A program made the translations under genes and the position numbers. A stretch of 48,440 nt of DNA, taken from positions 1-48,440 of IMG/VR virus record IMGVR_UViG_3300017553_000002. One strand, given 5' to 3'. This document shows, piece by piece, positions 9,092 to 18,073 of the stretch (the first letter of the stretch is position 1; each line of letters starts with the position of its first letter). The notes under the pieces are model-generated. The model was not told the origin of the DNA. It did no database searches and saw only the letters and a list, made by a program, of their open reading frames with translations. Source of the stretch: a virus (Duplodnaviria > Caudoviricetes).

Positions 9092-9406
9092 TTATTCAAA
9101 ACCATTGTCTTTTTTATACTCATCATACGCTGCCTTGTCGATAACACAGAGGATGCATATTTTGGAACTTTTGCCTGTTGGGCCAGGTGTCATGATATCC
9201 ATTAAGGTCCGGCCAGTGACACCCATGGAAACCACGCCGCCTCCGGGATGGGTTTTAGCGGTCACCATGGCATTTGAAATCACCAATTTGGCATTACCCT
9301 CGTTTACTGCTATTCCCGATTCCTGCAGTTTCTTGTCCTGGTCATTTAGCTCTTTCATCATCTGAAAAAGGTTCAGTTCTTTCTGTTTTTTACTTTTTGC
9401 TGGCAT
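9092..9406 (-). CDS. Hypothetical protein
   Basis: In-operon 104-aa ORF. Confidence 0.6.
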   Translation of the reverse strand: MPAKSKKQKELNLFQMMKELNDQDKKLQESGIAVNEGNAKLVISNAMVTAKTHPGGGVVSMGVTGRTLMDIMTPGPTGKSSKICILCVIDKAAYDEYKKDNGFE

Positions 9407-9454
9407 TGTTAGTGATTTAAAGGGGGGGTAACGATTCGTTATACCCTTTGGCGA

Positions 9455-10345
9455 TTAAAATATTTTAGATTCTTTTTTGCGGATCAGCTTTTTATCAACC
9501 AGGATCTGGCGGACCCTGGTCCAATCCACATAAGGCCTATGAGATACCCTGGAGTCATATTTGAGCGGGCATCCCAGGGCGGCGTCATCAATGATGATTT
9601 GGCCATAAGCTTTCTGGCTGGTGGTCCAGCTCTTCTGCCTGGGATTGCTCTGGACGCCATACAAGGGTATACCGTTTTCGGCGAACCATTCAACCGCCCT
9701 GGTTAGGTGCTTACCAATTCCTGCTGTTATCTGTCCCTCGTGGATAATAGGCTCATCGATATCAGCGCGCATGGTAAATAAGATCAGCCTATGGCCATTT
9801 TCTACCAGTTCCCTGAGTACCGGTACCGCTCCGATATCCTTTCCAATTTTAGGAAAGGCATGAGCTACTACGGTGCCGTCAAAATCGATAACGATATCCA
9901 TTTTCGTTTTGTCGAATTCCGGCAAAACAGGTTCGACTTGTTTAGGTTTAGCTGATATTGTTTTCTGGATTACCTTTTTGGTCCGGCCCGCTCTTTTTTG
10001 TGGTTGGCTCTGCTCTTTTACGATTTCCGGGACCGGAATAACCTTATCAGGTTCTGGTTGGATCTTAGCCGCGGCAATGACTTCCACGACTGCTTTAAGG
10101 GCTTTATCCAACATTTCATTATTAGGTACTTCCTTTGGCAGCTCTGCCTGCTGTACATACATTGGATGGCTGGGGGGCAGGATACTGGCATCTCCTGGCT
10201 TTATGCCCACTATTTTTTCGTTTATCAGGCATCTATACCTGAGTCCGTCCTGGGCAAGAACTCTTTCTGCCATTGCCCTCTGGCCTGCATATAGGCCTCT
10301 TTTGATTAAGATTAGTTCATTCATTTGCGTTAAAATTTTCGTCAT
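9455..10345 (-). CDS. HAD-family phosphatase (BT0820-like) with N-terminal extension
   Basis: IVIDFDGTVV motif I, LILFTMR, IIIDDAALG motif IV. Confidence 0.85.
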   Translation of the reverse strand: MTKILTQMNELILIKRGLYAGQRAMAERVLAQDGLRYRCLINEKIVGIKPGDASILPPSHPMYVQQAELPKEVPNNEMLDKALKAVVEVIAAAKIQPEPDKVIPVPEIVKEQSQPQKRAGRTKKVIQKTISAKPKQVEPVLPEFDKTKMDIVIDFDGTVVAHAFPKIGKDIGAVPVLRELVENGHRLILFTMRADIDEPIIHEGQITAGIGKHLTRAVEWFAENGIPLYGVQSNPRQKSWTTSQKAYGQIIIDDAALGCPLKYDSRVSHRPYVDWTRVRQILVDKKLIRKKESKIF

Positions 10346-10580
10346 AAGTATACATGGCCACGGGAGGGATGCTTGCTGCTGTAATAATTTTCAGCATGAT
10401 GGGCCTACCGGCTTTAATGGCCTCTATATCCTCGTAATTAGGTTTGAAGGCCAGCAGTATAAAGGGGAACCCTTCCTGGTCTATCCCTTTAAATGCCTTG
10501 ACTGACTGGCACTGCTCGTCGGTCATTTCACTCGGTTTATTCAGCGTGAGGTTTGTTCCCTCAAAATCTACTGGTAGCAT
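10317..10580 (-). CDS. Hypothetical protein
   Basis: 87-aa ORF downstream of dnaB. Confidence 0.65.
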   Translation of the reverse strand: MLPVDFEGTNLTLNKPSEMTDEQCQSVKAFKGIDQEGFPFILLAFKPNYEDIEAIKAGRPIMLKIITAASIPPVAMYTYDENFNANE

Positions 10581-10607
10581 GTTTTTGATATTGGGTTAAA
10601 AAATTAA

Positions 10608-12146
10608 TTAAAAGGGTGGCGCGTCAAATTCTTTGTCGAAATTATCCGGCTGCTGGATAAAGAGGCTGGGGCCATCGGGGGCCGGCAGTTTGGTCCAGCT
10701 GCCATCTCCCAGGCCGTGCCTGGACATATAATCCCTGTAGGCATCCTCTTCGAACCATTTCTGGATCCTGAGATCGGTTTTGAATACCAGCTTCTCCAGG
10801 GAGCCGTTTCTATGCTTTCTGATATCGAAATTGGCATTGCCTGCAATGGCAGGATCCTTCTCGAGATCGTTTTGCTGGTAGTCATCCCTGGATAGGAAAG
10901 CGACAAAATCTGCATCCTGTTCGATGGCACCTGATTCCCTCAGGTCCGATAGCTTAGCGCTTCTGCCACTGCCTTTTTCGATGTCCCTACTCATTTGCGA
11001 TAGGGCAATGATCGGTATATCCAGCTCCCGGGCTATTGACTTGAGGTTACGCGTGATCATGCTGATCTCCTGTTCCCGGTTTCCAAAATCGGAGGAGCTG
11101 CCCATCAGCTGGAGGTAATCGATAATGATCAGGCCCACTCCGTTTTTGCTGACCATTTTCCGGGCCTTGGACCTGAATTCAAAGATGTTCAGGGAGGCTG
11201 TGTCATCAAAATAGATATTTGGCAGTTGGTCTGCTGACTGCTGCAGTTTTAAAAACTCCTGATCGTTCATTTTGCCGCGGCGTATCTTATCCAGGAATAT
11301 CTCAGATTCGGAGGAAAGCACCCTTTCTGTTAGCTGTCCCCGGCTCATCTCCAGGCAGAAGAAACCAACTGGTACATTGCGGATGTTGTTTTTAGACGCA
11401 TTACGGGCCAGATTAAGGGCAAGAGCAGTCTTACCTACACTAGGGCGCGCGGCAAGAATTATGAGGTCGCTAGGCTGCCATCCGTAGGTAATTCTGTCCA
11501 GGGACGGGAAGCCGGTGGGCACCCCGGTAAATTCATCCGGATGGTTACGCAGGAATTCCACCCTGGCTATCGTCTCGACGCCCACGTCCTGGATGGCGTG
11601 ATAATTCTGCTTGACCATGCCCGTGGAGATGGCAAAGACCATTTGCTCGGAATCATCTATCAGGTCGAATACATCCATGCCAGGGTCAAAAGAATTGTGG
11701 ATGATGCGACCACCGGCTTCAATTAGCCGCCGCTGTACCGACTTCTGCCAGAGGATCCTGCAGTGATCCTCCAGGTGGGCCGTGGAAGCGATATTGGCTG
11801 TGAGCTGGCTGATGTAGTAGGCGCCACCCACTATATCCAGGTCCTGGGTCCGGTTCAGCTCCTCCACGACAGTCAGCATGTCGATGGCCTTGTTCTCCAC
11901 GGACATTTTCAGGATGGCTTTGAAAATCGTTACATTGCTGGGTTTGTAGAAAACCTCCGGATCATGGAAGATGTCAAGGACGGTATCCAGTGCGCTCTGC
12001 TCCATGAGGATGGCGCCTAACACCGCCTCTTCGATATCAATTGCCTGGGGCGGCACCTTGCCATGAAGCACATCAACCTTCACGGAGCTTTTGTTTCTGT
12101 CTTTCCGCCAGCTGCTTATGCTCTGCTGCTTTTCGCCTGATCTCAT
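10608..12146 (-). CDS. dnaB: Replicative DNA helicase DnaB (start may be GTG at 12083)
   Basis: VPPQAIDIEEAVLG, AARPSVGKT Walker A, IIDYLQL, LSDLRESGAIEQDAD, KHRNG. Confidence 0.97.
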   Translation of the reverse strand: MRSGEKQQSISSWRKDRNKSSVKVDVLHGKVPPQAIDIEEAVLGAILMEQSALDTVLDIFHDPEVFYKPSNVTIFKAILKMSVENKAIDMLTVVEELNRTQDLDIVGGAYYISQLTANIASTAHLEDHCRILWQKSVQRRLIEAGGRIIHNSFDPGMDVFDLIDDSEQMVFAISTGMVKQNYHAIQDVGVETIARVEFLRNHPDEFTGVPTGFPSLDRITYGWQPSDLIILAARPSVGKTALALNLARNASKNNIRNVPVGFFCLEMSRGQLTERVLSSESEIFLDKIRRGKMNDQEFLKLQQSADQLPNIYFDDTASLNIFEFRSKARKMVSKNGVGLIIIDYLQLMGSSSDFGNREQEISMITRNLKSIARELDIPIIALSQMSRDIEKGSGRSAKLSDLRESGAIEQDADFVAFLSRDDYQQNDLEKDPAIAGNANFDIRKHRNGSLEKLVFKTDLRIQKWFEEDAYRDYMSRHGLGDGSWTKLPAPDGPSLFIQQPDNFDKEFDAPPF

Positions 12147-13005
12147 CGTCTTTCGGGTTTGTAGTGGGTTTAGATTGATAATTGCCTTCCAGGATTTTTA
12201 AATAGTTTGAATCATTTTCGATTATCCAATCGAAAGCGAACCAGCTGTTGCTCAACAGGAATTCTGAGTTACCGGCCATTTTCAGGATATTGCAGAAGTT
12301 GAAGCTTTTCTCACTGAGCCGGACCTTTAGCTTTTGCCGTCGTTTCTTGGTGATATCCCTAACCTTGGGTACACCCTTCTCTGCAGCAAACAGATTCCAG
12401 AAGTCGACATAGGGCTCTGCTTCCTTGGGCCCGGTTTTCAGATATTCCCAGATACCGGTTTTTGTTTTTTCAACCGATTTATAAGAAGGGGAGGGGGCGG
12501 TCTCACCGACGGATGTCGGGATAGATACGTTAGTATCTATTACTTTACTTTCCTTTACTTTACTTTGTGTACTAATGTCATCATTAATGCCGTCAGTAAG
12601 AGGGTTTTTGTATACAGAAACCCCATTATTGCAAGCAAAAACTGTGATAGCTCCTTTTTCCCGCCTTTTAGTTGCTACTAAAAAACGTTTTTGTATGCCG
12701 GCGCTTGTTAATACTTTATCCGAATTAAACAGGCCTTCATCAAAGAAATCCCATTTAACTAAGCGTAAAACTATTTGTTCAAGCAATTCACTGCTTACAC
12801 CAGGAAGCCGCTTAGCGAGCTTCATTTTTAGCAGATCATTCCACACAATGAAATAACCATTACGGTATATCGCACATAGCAGTTTGACTGTAGCTAATTC
12901 GCCCTTCAGCCCAAATTCTCCACTGATTGCTTCGATCTTTTCATCTTCAAAAAAATCTACGTCAAAAGGAAAGTAATCTAATCCGTCTTTGAGTGGCCTC
13001 GCCAT
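12073..13005 (-). CDS. Replication initiator (DUF4373 / Lin1244-like)
   Basis: MARPLKDGLDYFPFDVDFFEDEKI...VLTSAGIQKRF; C-terminal FDWII..SNYLKILEGNY; directly upstream of dnaB. Confidence 0.85.
   Translation of the reverse strand: MARPLKDGLDYFPFDVDFFEDEKIEAISGEFGLKGELATVKLLCAIYRNGYFIVWNDLLKMKLAKRLPGVSSELLEQIVLRLVKWDFFDEGLFNSDKVLTSAGIQKRFLVATKRREKGAITVFACNNGVSVYKNPLTDGINDDISTQSKVKESKVIDTNVSIPTSVGETAPSPSYKSVEKTKTGIWEYLKTGPKEAEPYVDFWNLFAAEKGVPKVRDITKKRRQKLKVRLSEKSFNFCNILKMAGNSEFLLSNSWFAFDWIIENDSNYLKILEGNYQSKPTTNPKDDEIRRKAAEHKQLAERQKQKLREG
12541..12566. repeat. Five tandem 5-mers T(A/C)CTT inside the initiator gene (possible origin element)
   Basis: TACTTTACTTTCCTTTACTTTACTTT in the inter-domain linker. 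Confidence 0.45.
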
Positions 13006-13008
13006 AAT

Positions 13009-13212
13009 TTAAAATAATTCTAACTGTCCGCTTTTTCTTAATTCGATCTCTTTCTTAAGTAACTGGTCAAGCTCCCGCTCATACCTTTTGGCTGATTCCA
13101 GGTCCTGTTTAGCCCGGTACTGGAAAAAGGCCTTTTGTTTCTGCCTCATTTTGAGTGTCAGCGTGAACAACTGCTCATATTTTTTCTGGAGGCTCTCTAA
13201 TTGCGGATCCAT
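13009..13212 (-). CDS. Small helical protein ending in clamp-binding-like motif QLELF
   Basis: 67 aa; C-terminus GQLELF. Confidence 0.7.
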   Translation of the reverse strand: MDPQLESLQKKYEQLFTLTLKMRQKQKAFFQYRAKQDLESAKRYERELDQLLKKEIELRKSGQLELF

Positions 13213-13231
13213 AGTGCATAATATTTAGGGT

Positions 13232-13990
13232 TTAAAAAATCTTGATTGGGTTGACATGGAATGTGTCCAGATTGACAAAACATCCCTGGCTGGTGATCAT
13301 ACCTTCCCTGAATAATTTCCAGAGAATGTCGGCCCCCAGAGTGGCCATTATAGGATTAACGAATAGGTCCTGCTTTTTAATAGCTTCTGCCAGGCTGCAG
13401 CTGGGCCCATCATCTTTATCCTTTACTTTTTTAATCTGAGGATACAGATCAAGGACATCCGGAAGCGCTTTTTTTGTTTCCAGCTTTGATTTTGGCTGCT
13501 GAATATCCTTGACCGTACCCAAAACCACCTGGCCACTTTTTGAACCGTTACCCATATCCAGCCAGTATAAAGCCTTTTCATCCGGTTCCTGCTCATCCTT
13601 GGTAGACTTGATCAGGCTTTTAATCTCAATCCTGGCTTTAGCAGAATCCACACAGGTTATAATGATATTTGCCCTGAGCTGGCAAACGTATTTCTCCGGA
13701 TGGGCTTCCCAGTTCAGGCCAAAGAATCTATTTAGGCGGGAAACAAGGACTGTGGCCTTATTGAGTCCCAGATCCGGCTCAGCAAATAGCTGTCTGCCGA
13801 TATTAGCTTCCGATACCTGATCATCATCATAGACGTGCACATATAGTCCTGGGTGGCCCAACGCCTGCAGGGTGGTGTCTATTCTGGCCAGGTGTCCCAG
13901 CATCTGGGATCCGGTACCACCTACACCTACCAGGGCTACTGATATTAATTTTGTCGGATTTAAAAGGTATTGCGCGGTAAAGTGAACCAT
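13232..13990 (-). CDS. PRTRC system ThiF-family E1-like enzyme
   Basis: LVGVGGTGS, DDDQVSEANIGRQ, ITCVDSAKAR, YWLDMGN, GPSCSLAEAIKKQDLFVN. Confidence 0.93.
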   Translation of the reverse strand: MVHFTAQYLLNPTKLISVALVGVGGTGSQMLGHLARIDTTLQALGHPGLYVHVYDDDQVSEANIGRQLFAEPDLGLNKATVLVSRLNRFFGLNWEAHPEKYVCQLRANIIITCVDSAKARIEIKSLIKSTKDEQEPDEKALYWLDMGNGSKSGQVVLGTVKDIQQPKSKLETKKALPDVLDLYPQIKKVKDKDDGPSCSLAEAIKKQDLFVNPIMATLGADILWKLFREGMITSQGCFVNLDTFHVNPIKIF

Positions 13991-14691
13991 TATAAAAGAT
14001 TTTTAAGCGTTAATTTGGAAGGCAGCAACTCATCCATGGGGAACTTGGTGCCTTTGCTGACCTGGTTCATCCAGATCAGATTTAAATTTCCTTTGGTAGG
14101 GTTGTTTCCACTGAGGTGTGAAAACTTGGATTGCCAGAATAATGTCTCCCAGTATTCGATTTCAGATCCGAAGGTCCTTTTACTTTCCCTTCTTGCTTTA
14201 GCACTCCCCAGACATACAGAGCCATGTTCACCATTCGTATTATGAAAAGGAGGTTTAAGTAATATCGTATTTAAAGCTGGCCTGTCATCACTCTCAAGGG
14301 CCATTACGGTGAGCGTTCGGCCTTTTGCCTGGTAGATCAGGGGCGGTACCCAAACCTGGCCATCAGGAATACACAGGCTTTCTGAAAAATGGATTATTCG
14401 CTGCTCAGCCGGTCTGTACCAGATCATATTATAATCGCTGCCATTGAGTTTCTCAAAATGGAGCAGATTACCAGGGAAGATGCCCGATATATTACATTGG
14501 GTGATGCCTTTCTCCTTAAAAAGTTCCGCAATCCCAAAAATCGTTTCTTCTGCTAATGGCTTACCTTCCATGATCTGGCCACTGACGATTTCGTGGCTCT
14601 CCAGATAAAAGTCATTATGGCCTTCATAAACCATTATTGCCAGGGTAGGAGGGTAATCCTGTTGCAGACTATCAGTGAACTCATTCAGCAT
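13990..14691 (-). CDS. PRTRC system protein B (prokaryotic E2-like)
   Basis: PFHNT...GSVCLG (E2-like catalytic Cys context), WETLFWQSKFSH; coupled to ThiF. Confidence 0.88.
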   Translation of the reverse strand: MLNEFTDSLQQDYPPTLAIMVYEGHNDFYLESHEIVSGQIMEGKPLAEETIFGIAELFKEKGITQCNISGIFPGNLLHFEKLNGSDYNMIWYRPAEQRIIHFSESLCIPDGQVWVPPLIYQAKGRTLTVMALESDDRPALNTILLKPPFHNTNGEHGSVCLGSAKARRESKRTFGSEIEYWETLFWQSKFSHLSGNNPTKGNLNLIWMNQVSKGTKFPMDELLPSKLTLKNLL

Positions 14692-15775
14692 ATTTCTTGA
14701 TTTTATTTAAGGTTTTATAGGTTTGGTCAAAGAAGTCCTGCAAGTCCTCAATAAAAGTGTCCTTAGATTCAAAGTCCTTCAGGTCGGTCTTTTTCTTGCC
14801 ATTAAGCATCAGATATTGATGTGGCTCCTCTACACCTTCCATTGAATAACTGTCCAGGTACTCCTCTGTTTCTGTAGCCAAGGCATCAGTTAAAGACCAG
14901 GCTATGCAGAATCCAAAATCAAAGGGTAAATAGCATGATTCGTTTTTGTCTTGGTGAAACATCTGATAATCGGTGATGTTTTTGCCGGTTTTGATAATTT
15001 CCACCCCGTTTCTGATAATCCGGGCAATGGGGTGCTTTTTATAATCTTTAAGTAATTCGATGAACTCGTTAGGATCATCGGGCGAATCCTGGTTTTTTAG
15101 GAATTTTTCGTACATGGCCGCTTTTCCATGCCTGTATTCATAAATTGAGTTAAGGAACTCCCTTTTTAATTTCTCGTCCTCATCCTCGTCATCTATATTC
15201 ATTATTCGCTCATCGAGATTGTAAATCTGTTCACCCATTAATCCGTAATACCATAAATCAACACCGGTGCTTTTGCTAAAGGCTTTTAAAAAGCTCAAAA
15301 ACGTTTCATGCAGAAAATCATCTTCACGGCTGAGTACTTTGAGGACTTTGCCGACGGCAAAACAGGACCATCCACAATTCCAGTCAGCTGCTCTGTAAAT
15401 ATTCAAACACAAGTTGCTTTTATAGTCCTCCTGGATAATCACATTAGCATCACCAGGTAAAAGCGATTTGACATTTGAGAGAATTTGTTTCATCTGGATG
15501 TCTTCTGGCTTGCGCTTATCAATCCTGGGAGCATGCTTGATTAACTTATAAGATCTGGAAACCCCTTCATATATCTCCCGGAATTCATCGGGATGAGTAG
15601 CTTTTTTCATGAAAAATCCATTGATCTGCCTGTATTTTACTGAACCCAGGGCAGCCGGGAAGACGGCAGTAAAAGTCGTTCTTGCCTTGTGGTTCCGGAG
15701 AACCTTTGTTTGTCCCTGCGTTCTTTTATCAGGATTCTTCCCAGCGCTCTGTGAAAATTGTTTATTTTGGGGCAT
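14681..15775 (-). CDS. PRTRC-associated hypothetical protein (protein F position)
   Basis: 364 aa between the Ub-like and E2-like genes; assigned by synteny only. Confidence 0.55.
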   Translation of the reverse strand: MPQNKQFSQSAGKNPDKRTQGQTKVLRNHKARTTFTAVFPAALGSVKYRQINGFFMKKATHPDEFREIYEGVSRSYKLIKHAPRIDKRKPEDIQMKQILSNVKSLLPGDANVIIQEDYKSNLCLNIYRAADWNCGWSCFAVGKVLKVLSREDDFLHETFLSFLKAFSKSTGVDLWYYGLMGEQIYNLDERIMNIDDEDEDEKLKREFLNSIYEYRHGKAAMYEKFLKNQDSPDDPNEFIELLKDYKKHPIARIIRNGVEIIKTGKNITDYQMFHQDKNESCYLPFDFGFCIAWSLTDALATETEEYLDSYSMEGVEEPHQYLMLNGKKKTDLKDFESKDTFIEDLQDFFDQTYKTLNKIKKYAE

Positions 15776-15798
15776 TTCTTCTTTCTTTTCTTCATTAC

Positions 15799-16020
15799 TT
15801 ATCCTTTGGTGCCGATGGTGGTTTTGAACTCGTAGACCTGCTTGTCATCCTCAATCTTGGGTCCGTCGATGGTGCAGGTGGTGAGTTCCGGATGCTGATT
15901 AGAATAAAACTGAATCACCTCCTGGGCTGTGAACTCCTTGTTGGGATCGGGAAGGGTTGTTGTCTTGCTGTTTTTGGTGAACCTGAACTCTCTGGCCAGG
16001 CTTGTTACTTCTAGTGCCAT
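15799..16020 (-). CDS. PRTRC system protein C (prokaryotic ubiquitin-like)
   Basis: LAREFRF...LPDPN...EVIQFYSNQHPELT...YEFKTTIGTKG, ending in Gly. Confidence 0.92.
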   Translation of the reverse strand: MALEVTSLAREFRFTKNSKTTTLPDPNKEFTAQEVIQFYSNQHPELTTCTIDGPKIEDDKQVYEFKTTIGTKG

Positions 16021-16279
16021 TGTTTTTTGCTTTTAACTGTTTATAGAATTTTTTTGCTGCATGCAGTCCGTGCAGCTGTCTGACAGTATTAAGGTTCAAG
16101 GTGTAGACACCCTTCTTTTCCTTCAGCAGCGGTTCTATCCGGGTGAAGGCGGAAAAGGAAATCTGTTTTACCGGTGCATTACCATGGTATAGGCAATGTG
16201 AATGCGTTTTACGTCGGTTAAATCGCTGCTTGAGTGTGCAGCCCTGTAACATCATCTTGAATATTGTACTGTCTGACAT
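15899..16279 (-). CDS. Basic hypothetical protein between PRTRC E and C
   Basis: Starts 2 nt after the E stop; its tail overlaps the Ub-like gene by 122 nt. Confidence 0.55.
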   Translation of the reverse strand: MSDSTIFKMMLQGCTLKQRFNRRKTHSHCLYHGNAPVKQISFSAFTRIEPLLKEKKGVYTLNLNTVRQLHGLHAAKKFYKQLKAKNNGTRSNKPGQRVQVHQKQQDNNPSRSQQGVHSPGGDSVLF

Positions 16280-16281
16280 AA

Positions 16282-16647
16282 TTAGAATAATGAGGGGTGT
16301 TCGAGTTTGGGTTGCTCTTCTTTTTTAGGCGCCTCAGTCTTTTTGGCTGGTTTGTCCTTTTCCTTGGCTTCTTTAGCCGTCTTGTCCTTTTTTTTCGGCC
16401 ACTCCTCTTCGTTAGCCATGCTGGCTACGATCTCCAGTTGGAGTTCACCGGCTTTTTCCAGTTGCCGGGTGACTGTATCCAGGAAGCCATTGTCCAGATC
16501 TTCAGGCGTGCCGGTAATAATTACCGGTGTGACGTTCTTGGCATTGGAAGGAAGCACGCTGACAGTCAGTTTTTCGTTTTTGCGCTTGATGTTGATCGCC
16601 AGATCGGCGCCGTCAGCCAGTTCGTAAATTTTTTGAAAGAAACTCAT
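16282..16647 (-). CDS. PRTRC system protein E
   Basis: MSFFQKI...LTVSVLP...PVIITGTPEDLDNGFL; ends in HPSLF. Confidence 0.88.
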   Translation of the reverse strand: MSFFQKIYELADGADLAINIKRKNEKLTVSVLPSNAKNVTPVIITGTPEDLDNGFLDTVTRQLEKAGELQLEIVASMANEEEWPKKKDKTAKEAKEKDKPAKKTEAPKKEEQPKLEHPSLF

Positions 16648-16679
16648 TTGAGTATTATTTGAAAGGTTAAAAAATAGCG

Positions 16680-17780
16680 TTAATAAGAAATGGGCATGAG
16701 TAGCGCGAGATAACCGGCTTCTTCCTCAGATCGGAATAGAATCGGACGATCTTTTTGGTGGACAGCCAGGGTTATATTATTATATGGGACCTGGTTAAGG
16801 AGGTTACTCATCTTATCTGCATTGAAATGGATCTCTGAAACATTTCCTGAGTAATCAATGGAATTCATCTGCACATTGATTTTAATCCCTGATCCAATAT
16901 CATTGGCTGTAATAATACCTGTCTTTAGGTCCAGAGCCGCTTCCTTGAAACGGTCCTTGGAGAGTGCGCACTTCTCCATGGCCAGGAGCATCTCCTTTTT
17001 ATCAAACTTCAGGTTAGCGGTAAATTCCGGAGGGAAAATAGCCCGGAAGTTCACAAACTTCTCTTCCGGCCGCGTAAAGATGATGGTGACCTCCGCGGCA
17101 TTGATGGCCACCTTTTTGTCGTCCCAGGAGACTGTAAAGTCTTCCAGTCCGTCAATGGCTTTAATAACCTTGATCGGTAGAAGCAGCTCAACCTCAGATT
17201 TTAGCTTTACCGGCTTTGTAATACTAAATACCTCATAGTGGGTATCAGTAGAAGCAATGGTAACGCCGTCCTTTTTAATGTCCAGTAGAACTCTGAGCGT
17301 TGCAGGTTGAGCCGGGCTTTGATCTCTGTTGACTGTTTTAAGTGCCCTTTTCAGATCATCCGTTAGATCAGGCAGTGTTTTTTCAATGTTTTCTTTGGGA
17401 GACTCCATCGGCTTAATGAAATCCTGGACCTTCTCCAGAACATTGATTTTGTAATCATCCGTCTCGGTCCTAATGGATAGCCCTTTTCCCTCAAAAACAA
17501 ATGTCATCAGGGCGCCCTTATTGAGAGCAATGATCTTATTGAGTAGTTCAAAAGGGATAAGGCATTCTGCCTCTTCGATTTCAGAATCTACAGCAATGTC
17601 GTGACCGATCTGCATCTCCAGGTCTGTGCCGGTAATGTATCCGGTAGTTGTAGAGGTGATTTGAACCAGAATGTTTTTGGTAATGGGAATAGCAGGATTA
17701 CTGCTAACGGCAAGACCGACCTTGTCCATTACCTTCTTAAGGTCGGCTGCCTGGATTTTGAATTGTTTTTTCTTTGCCAT
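16680..17780 (-). CDS. dnaN: DNA polymerase III beta subunit (sliding clamp) homologue
   Basis: 366 aa; PITKNILV, ITGTDLEM, IASTDTH, KFVNFRAIFP, IHFNA, C-terminal LLMP. Confidence 0.88.
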   Translation of the reverse strand: MAKKKQFKIQAADLKKVMDKVGLAVSSNPAIPITKNILVQITSTTTGYITGTDLEMQIGHDIAVDSEIEEAECLIPFELLNKIIALNKGALMTFVFEGKGLSIRTETDDYKINVLEKVQDFIKPMESPKENIEKTLPDLTDDLKRALKTVNRDQSPAQPATLRVLLDIKKDGVTIASTDTHYEVFSITKPVKLKSEVELLLPIKVIKAIDGLEDFTVSWDDKKVAINAAEVTIIFTRPEEKFVNFRAIFPPEFTANLKFDKKEMLLAMEKCALSKDRFKEAALDLKTGIITANDIGSGIKINVQMNSIDYSGNVSEIHFNADKMSNLLNQVPYNNITLAVHQKDRPILFRSEEEAGYLALLMPISY

Positions 17781-17782
17781 GA

Positions 17783-18073
17783 TTAAAATAATGAAGGTTG
17801 TGAATTTTGTTTTTTAGGTGTTGCTTTTCTCGGTACCACAGGTTTAGTCACCTTTTTGACAGGAGCGGGGGGCTGTTTTTCGACTTTAGCCTTCTTGTCG
17901 TCGCCTTCCTCTATTTTTGAAGGAGTGTCTTCAAGATCGGCTCCTCTTACTGTGTAGCGTTTGCCGTCAGGCCCTTCAACAATGACTTCAGAGACCAGCT
18001 TTACCTCATCACCGGCATTGCCATATTTTATGTTGTTGTTAAAGTGGCTATATATGTCTCGTTTGAGCCTCAT
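17783..18073 (-). CDS. Small protein with Lys/Pro-rich tail ending in QPSLF
   Basis: 96 aa between the exonuclease and the clamp. Confidence 0.7.
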   Translation of the reverse strand: MRLKRDIYSHFNNNIKYGNAGDEVKLVSEVIVEGPDGKRYTVRGADLEDTPSKIEEGDDKKAKVEKQPPAPVKKVTKPVVPRKATPKKQNSQPSLF

